A stretch of DNA of 62,000 nt from Octopus vulgaris (Eukaryota). A program made the translations under genes and the position numbers. The number at the start of each line of letters is the position of its first letter. Position 1 is the stretch's first letter. Positions 55,780-62,000 of the stretch are shown in pieces. The stretch spans positions 60,160,001 through 60,222,000 of the forward strand of contig OX597826.1 of the NCBI GenBank assembly GCA_951406725.2, read 5' to 3'. Below the pieces are notes generated by a model. The model searched no databases. It worked only from the letters and a program-made list of their open reading frames with translations, and was not told the origin of the DNA.

Positions 55780-56100
55780 TTTTACTTCTTTCAGTCATTT
55801 TGACTGCGGCCATGTTGGTGCACCGCATTTAATCGAGCAACTCGAACCCGGGACTTATTCTATCGGTTGTCAAGCAATGCTAGGGGGACAAACACAGACA
55901 CACAAACATACACGCACATGCATATATATATACATATATACGACGAGATTCTTTCAGTTTCCGTCTACCAAATCCACTCACAAGGATTTGTTCGGCCCGA
56001 GGCTATAGTAGAAGACACTTGCCCAAGGTGCCACGCAGTGGGACTGAACCCGGAACCATGTGGTTGGTAAACAACCTACTTACCACACAGCCACTCCTAT
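55780..56100 (-). mobile_element. Family A SINE with internal deletion
   Basis: TTCAGTCATTTTGACTGCGGCCATG...CACACAGCCACTCCT. Lacks the TCTCTTTTGCCGAACC...CACACCAGC segment. Confidence 0.85.
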
Positions 56101-56112
56101 GTTTCACCCTTT

Positions 56113-56211
<99 letters not shown>

Positions 56212-56500
56212 ATTATATATATATAAGTTAAAACTACAACTTTTAAAATTTAACAAAATGTAACCAAAATTCCTGTAGTCATACCGATATACGATCAAAT
56301 TAAACATTTATAGCTAGCCATTAACTGCAACACAATCAACCTCGAACCCACCAACACAAACGCATTTAAATAGGACAAACATATAATAAGTAAATACATT
56401 CATGTATACAACGTTCTAACAACATGCAGTATTACAAAGGTATGCCTGTGAATAAAGTAAAATACCCATCTAAAAATGTCAGAATGATATGTGGACGCCT

Positions 56501-56535
56501 CTGATGAGAACCCATTTATGTTCGAAAATCGATTA
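56501..56535 (+). ncRNA. Minimal hammerhead-ribozyme-like motif with canonical core
   Basis: CTGATGA-GAAC(CCATTTAT)GTTC-GAAA-ATCGAT-TA, with stem III palindrome AATCGATT. Stem I is poorly paired. Confidence 0.5.
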
Positions 56536-56623
56536 ATGTTGTTCATCAATTTTTTTCAGTCTACAGACAAATGAGAAAATTTCCCCTGTTTATAATTGTA
56601 CCATATGTTATACATATACATAT

Positions 56624-56680
<57 letters not shown>

Positions 56681-56857
56681 AGGTGAGAGGAGGGATATAA
56701 TATCCAGGCAGATACCGAATTTCTCTGAGTCAGAATCATTTCTGTCAATGTGTTTTTTGGTACTTTTCCTTTAATTCCTATCTGATGTTCCGGTTTATTT
56801 CTTGGCTTCTTAGGGTGTAAAGAACAATGTGTGTGTGTGTGTGTATCTGTGTGTGTG

Positions 56858-57095
56858 GACTAGTGGTTAGGGTGTGGCACTCACCATCGTAATATTGTGG
56901 TTTCGATTCCTGGAACGGATGACGCGTTGTATTCTTGAACAAAACACTTCATTTCACCTTGCTCCAGTCCACTCAGGTGGCAAAATGTGTAATCCTGAGA
57001 TGGATCGGCGTCCCGTCCAGGTGGGGAATATTTACGCCATTGAAACCGGGAAGCCGGCCTTCATGAACCTTGCATACCTCGAGAAGGAAACATTT
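56858..57095 (+). mobile_element. tRNA SINE with family C-like head and family D-like tail
   Basis: CTAGTGGTTAGGGTG...GTTTCGATTCC...TTGAACAAAACACTTCATTTCAC.TTGCTCCAGTCCACTCAG...CGGCGTCCCGTCCAGGTGGGGAA. Confidence 0.7.
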
Positions 57096-57118
57096 CTATA
57101 TCATTATTATTATTATTA

Positions 57119-57155
<37 letters not shown>

Positions 57156-57178
57156 GATTGTTGTTGTTATTGTTATTA

Positions 57179-57217
<39 letters not shown>

Positions 57218-57798
57218 GAGTGAGAGAGCAGTTCATGCCATCAAAGTGACACTGGGGTAAAATATAAGAAGCCCAATATACCCATCATGACTACCCGTCT
57301 GATAAGGGTACACCAGGCACATGCATCACAACCATATGTGTGCGATATGGTGATCTCATATCAAGATAAACAGCGCATGACCTTGCAGGTGGGGCCAGTT
57401 AGAATTTTCTTGAGGTTGAGTAGCCCATCCCGCTCAAAAGGTCCCTGAATAAGGGTTATTTAAGGATATTGAAAGAACCACCCATGTTTCCAGAGGTGAA
57501 TTATTCAAACCCCAAAGAATCCCTCTCAACACATAGCTATGATGCTCCCCCACTACTTCTGCGCGTGATCAGAGATGCACATATCGTCAGCCACTAAGGA
57601 ACATGCTCAACTGGTTAAGGTCAAACAACTGACAAGCAAATCTGTGGTATTGAGCAGAATATTTGCTGTAGCCCACCTTTTATACCAAGACAAAACAATG
57701 TACATGATAACACTTCCAATCAGTTAAGATCAGAAGCCATGAGAGCCACTGCCTGGTACTGCATCAGGGCATCCACTGCCTGGTACTGCATCAGGGCA
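57218..57798 (-). mobile_element. (AAT)n-inserted non-coding element, copy 2, with a 26-bp terminal tandem duplication
   Basis: Reverse complement of 8297-8820. CCACTGCCTGGTACTGCATCAGGGCA at 57746-57771 and 57773-57798. (ATT)n on both sides. Confidence 0.85.
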
Positions 57799-57889
<91 letters not shown>

Positions 57890-58078
57890 GTATTTATGTA
57901 TGTGTGTGTATATATAGTATGCGGAGGGATATAACAACCAGGCAGATACAGATAACGAATATCTGAGGCAAAGTATCAAGGTTGGGTCCCTCTGATTGTG
58001 TGTCTTTTGGTAAGTTTCCTTTAGTTCGCATCCGATGTTCCAGTTTATCTCTTGTTTACTTAGAGTATAACGTATAAT

Positions 58079-58137
<59 letters not shown>

Positions 58138-59744
58138 CATATATGTATATATATATATATATATATATTATATATCTATATATATATGGAGAGAGAGAGA
58201 TAGAGAGAGAGGGGGAGAGAGATAGCTATACGTATATATTATATATATACATGAAATACATGTATGTATATACCTATAAATTTATGTACATGATATATAT
58301 ATATATATTTATGTGTGTGTATGGGTGTGTATGTATATTGTATACCGATATTATATATACACCGAAATACAGAAATCTAATCCAACGTTGATGAAGTTGT
58401 TATGTACGAATTGAAGAAAAGAAACCCACCAACCGTTTCAGAAATATTGACATTCAGTGAGATTGTTGCCGCGCAGAAATTTATGAATTTGACAGTGCAT
58501 CTAATTAAATCAATCAGAATCTGTTTTGTCCCAAGGCACGGTCACTAATGAAGTATTCCATTGCTAGTTATTTGAGAATGTCCGATTTAAAAATTAATAC
58601 TAGTTTTAACTAATGTCTCATATTGTATGAAGGGATAGAATTTCTGATAACAGTTCAATACTGAATCTATCGGATTTGCGGAGAAGTGTTATGATGGCCT
58701 GTGTAGCTATATTCATCCATGTGAAAGGTCATATTAGTGTTCAATAAGTTCCGTTGCCGTGATGAGTTGTGGAGTCAAATGTTCCTAACCTTACCCTTCA
58801 TCTTGGAGTGAAGAAGCGAGAGAGAGAGAGTGTAATGTTATCATATCCTGTGCTGCTTGACAAGTAAATGACGAATGACCGAAGTTGAAGGAGTGTTCGT
58901 GTTGGTGGTGGGACGTGATGTGAGACGAGATTAGGCAATAGTGAATAAAGTTGTACAGGAAGGTTTGGAAGTAAGATAAAACTAATGATGAGGAAACTAA
59001 GAATTGGAGGAATAAATAAGAGTAATATTGTATCGTATGCAGGGCATCATGGACAGGTAGATTTTATTATTACCTTACATGGAGCAATACGTTGCGTTTG
59101 AAAGAGTTTTCGGAAGAGCTAAGTAGAATCTAGTTTTACATCTTACGCTATGTTTGGGACCCCATTCCACACCAACATAAAACTATTGGCTGATATTGCG
59201 TAGTGAAAGCTGTAACAAGAAATCAGAGACTAAATTTTCAATCTGAAAACAATTTCCACGGTTTTCTAACCTCAATTTTCGGTACTGACTAGGAAGGGCA
59301 TGGATAGAATCATTTTACTTCAGCTCGGTTCGCATAAAATATGCAAGAGGTCCACTTCAAAATAAAGAGACTGATGGTACAAATAAAGATTGTTTGAGTC
59401 ATGGAAATACTTACAACACATGCAATTAGAAGAGTTATTTATGTATAACAATCACTATACAAGGATATCTGAAGTAAGAAACACAATCTTTGTAGGTTAA
59501 GATGTATTACTTAATGAAGTCGTTACATGCTCAATCTGGATTTACGTGCTTGATATCATCATTACTTTTGTAACTGTTTAACCCCAGATCGCATCTATGA
59601 ATGATAATCTCCATGATAAAATCTCTTCTAATCCCGATCTCCTCTTCCTTTTTATTATTTTTTTGTTGTTGTTCGCGCAGCATTTATCAGATGCTTTATA
59701 TTCCAGTGTAAGTTAAGGCACTAACTGTAGTCATTACGGTATAC

Positions 59745-59966
59745 TCTTACTCTCTTTACTCTTTTACTTGTTTCAGTCATTTGACTGCGGCCATGCTGGA
59801 GCACCGCCTTTAGTCGAGCAAATCGACCCCCGGGACTTATTCTTTGTAAGCCCAGTACTTATTCTATCGGTCTCTTTTGCCGAACCGCTAAGTGATGGGG
59901 ACGTAAACACACCAGCATCGGTTGTCAAGTAATTCTAGGGGGGCAAAAACACAGACACAAACACAC
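59745..59966 (-). mobile_element. Family A SINE, 5'-truncated, young-looking
   Basis: Nearly identical to 30605-30810, with a TTTTACTC-type repeated tail. Confidence 0.9.
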
Positions 59967-61033
59967 TGTTATGGTACGCAGAAAATTTTAATTCTAGGAA
60001 GCCGAGCGAAGGCTTAACATACGCCTAGGTGTTCCATTTTCTACCTTATTTTAATGAAGAAATTCGTTTGAAGATATCAATGGTTTTGTTGAAAACTATA
60101 TTATGTTGAATGTATTTATTCATTGTGGCAGCCATATAGCGTTGGCCATGCTAATTTGGAGTTTTTATATTGTTATACATCCACTCCTATGTACACTACA
60201 CATATTTACATATAGATGTGTGCATGTGTGTGTGTGTGTAAGCGTGTGTGTGTGTGTGTATCTGGCTGGCTGTCTGTTTCTCTCTCTCTCGTTCTCTCTC
60301 GTTCTCTCAATATATATGTATATATGCATGGATGTATTGTAACAAGGAAGGACAGTAGCTCCGGTGGGAGCGCTGCAAAATATTTTTTTGTTTTTTTTGT
60401 TTACTTCAGACGACTCTTCTTTTGACTCTCACCTGTGGGTCTTTATGCACAAGACAATTCGTCAACTCCAGAGCTGTCTCAAACAGTCTAGCTAGCTGAC
60501 CAATCTTAAATTTTTGATGTAGGTCTTAAAACATTTCTGTGTCGTACGAAGAGCAATAAAATATCAGGTATAGTTTTGATCATAGGATGGTACTCTGCTA
60601 GAGCGAGGGTATCGTAGACTCATTCCGTATGTATGCGTAGCTGCTCGTTGCTATTTCACATTTCTTGTTGGCCAATGTTTTCCGCATTGGATACATACAC
60701 GGTTCTTAATTTGTGATCAGGTTACCAGTGAAGATCATTTTCTGTGACTCGTAAACAACTTTCGTATGATTTCAAAGATTTATTTCATTTTTCCGTCTAC
60801 AACAATCACTTTTGCGAAAAATGGCACTCTAAACAGTCGCAATGGTCATGCTTTTTTTGTGACATCGTAGAGGTTTTCAGGTGATAAACGAATCTCTCTC
60901 CAAGGACAGGAGGCATCTTTATGAAGTGTGATATGATACTGACTCTATACCAATCAATCGACACCCCTCACTAAATTTGCCGTTCGTGAAGAAGGTATGA
61001 CGCTTTCCGAATTGCGTCAGCTGTCCCTTTTTA

Positions 61034-61400
61034 TTGGGTTGTCCGGAAAGTTCGTGCCGATTTTTAAAAAAAGGAAAACGTCAATAAATACTTGCTATTA
61101 CATTTTTAATCAACTAAATATAAACCATTTTTTTGCAAAATGCGTTTCCATATTTCCTTTAACTAGAAAATACCCCCTTACCAGAATTGAGGTAGTTTCA
61201 TGGTAAAAAAAATTCATCAAGATATTATTTTACGTTATCCAAGGAATTGAAATTTTTACCATTAAGACTATTCTGCAGAGACCTGAATAAGTGGAAATCC
61301 GAAAGAGCAATATCTGGTGAATATGGAGGGTGGGGTAACACATCCCAGCCGAGCTGCAGCAATTTTCGTCTGGCTCCCAAAGCATCAAGTGCGGAAAATG
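61034..61400 (-). mobile_element. Mariner (DD34D) transposon 3' end: transposase C-terminus plus TIR, decayed
   Basis: Minus strand RKLLQLGWDVLPHPPYSPDIALSDFHLFRSLQNSLNGKNF...NGLYLVD* (stop 61108-61106). TIR-like TA|TTGGGTTGTCCGGAAAG from 61034. Confidence 0.88.
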
Positions 61401-62000
61401 AACTCTTTTATCTTCAATTAACACAGGTTATAGGAATATAAATCTTCTTCCAAGAAAAGATAGCTTAAACTGTGCTATAAATGGAAGTGTAGTCAAATCC
61501 TATTTTATGAATTCAACCATAGCAAAAAATTCTATGCCCCCACACGGAGCATAGAAGTGCGGGTAAATGAGCATTGGAGGGAACTTAAGGAAGATAAGAG
61601 ATCATCGGTTCTGTACCAGCACGGGGGGCTCGCTCAACAACATAGAAGTTAAAATCTTCAACATACAACAGACGCAACGCTTAGACAAATTACAGAAGCT
61701 ACACACATAATAGAAGATAAACCTAGCCTGAATAGGAAGCTGGAATGGAATACTAGCACACACCCACAACACACCACAACATACGACAGAATGAGAGCCC
61801 CATAAACTAATAATAAAATGAGTATAATATAAACTATATACAGATAAACAAATGGAATTAAATAACTATATACGTTAACAAAATAAATTAAATTAATTAC
61901 AAAAAAGAAAGAATAGAAAAAATAAGTAGGTATAAACACATGAACAAAATAAATAAAGACAAATTAAATGAACGTGTATAAACAGGGGATAGTGCTAATA

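Overview
AT-rich animal genomic DNA, most likely octopus. This is inferred from the tRNA-derived SINE families and the very high (TA)n/(AAT)n/(AC)n load; it is not database-confirmed. No complete protein-coding gene, rRNA, true tRNA or CRISPR array is supported, and almost all ORF-track entries are translated microsatellites. The window is mainly mobile DNA: at least four tRNA-SINE families (about 20 copies, two with clear TSDs), decayed R4/Dong, RTE and CR1/L2-group LINE fragments, a mariner 3' end, a complete non-autonomous Helitron plus two extra Helitron 3' ends, a foldback element, and a 57-bp minisatellite with a 113-bp higher-order core. A few isolated exon candidates suggest a large-intron host gene that cannot be named. 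The most notable signal is a set of ~170-220 bp non-coding elements, mostly embedded in (TA)n tracts. Seven copies from at least two divergent families each carry a minimal type-I hammerhead-ribozyme-like motif with a palindromic stem III, and one family has a fixed A6U core change. An eighth, unrelated hammerhead motif and a 478-bp partial-tandem unit are also present. A second non-coding family sits only in (AAT)n tracts, the same repeat type that flanks the R4/Dong remnants.
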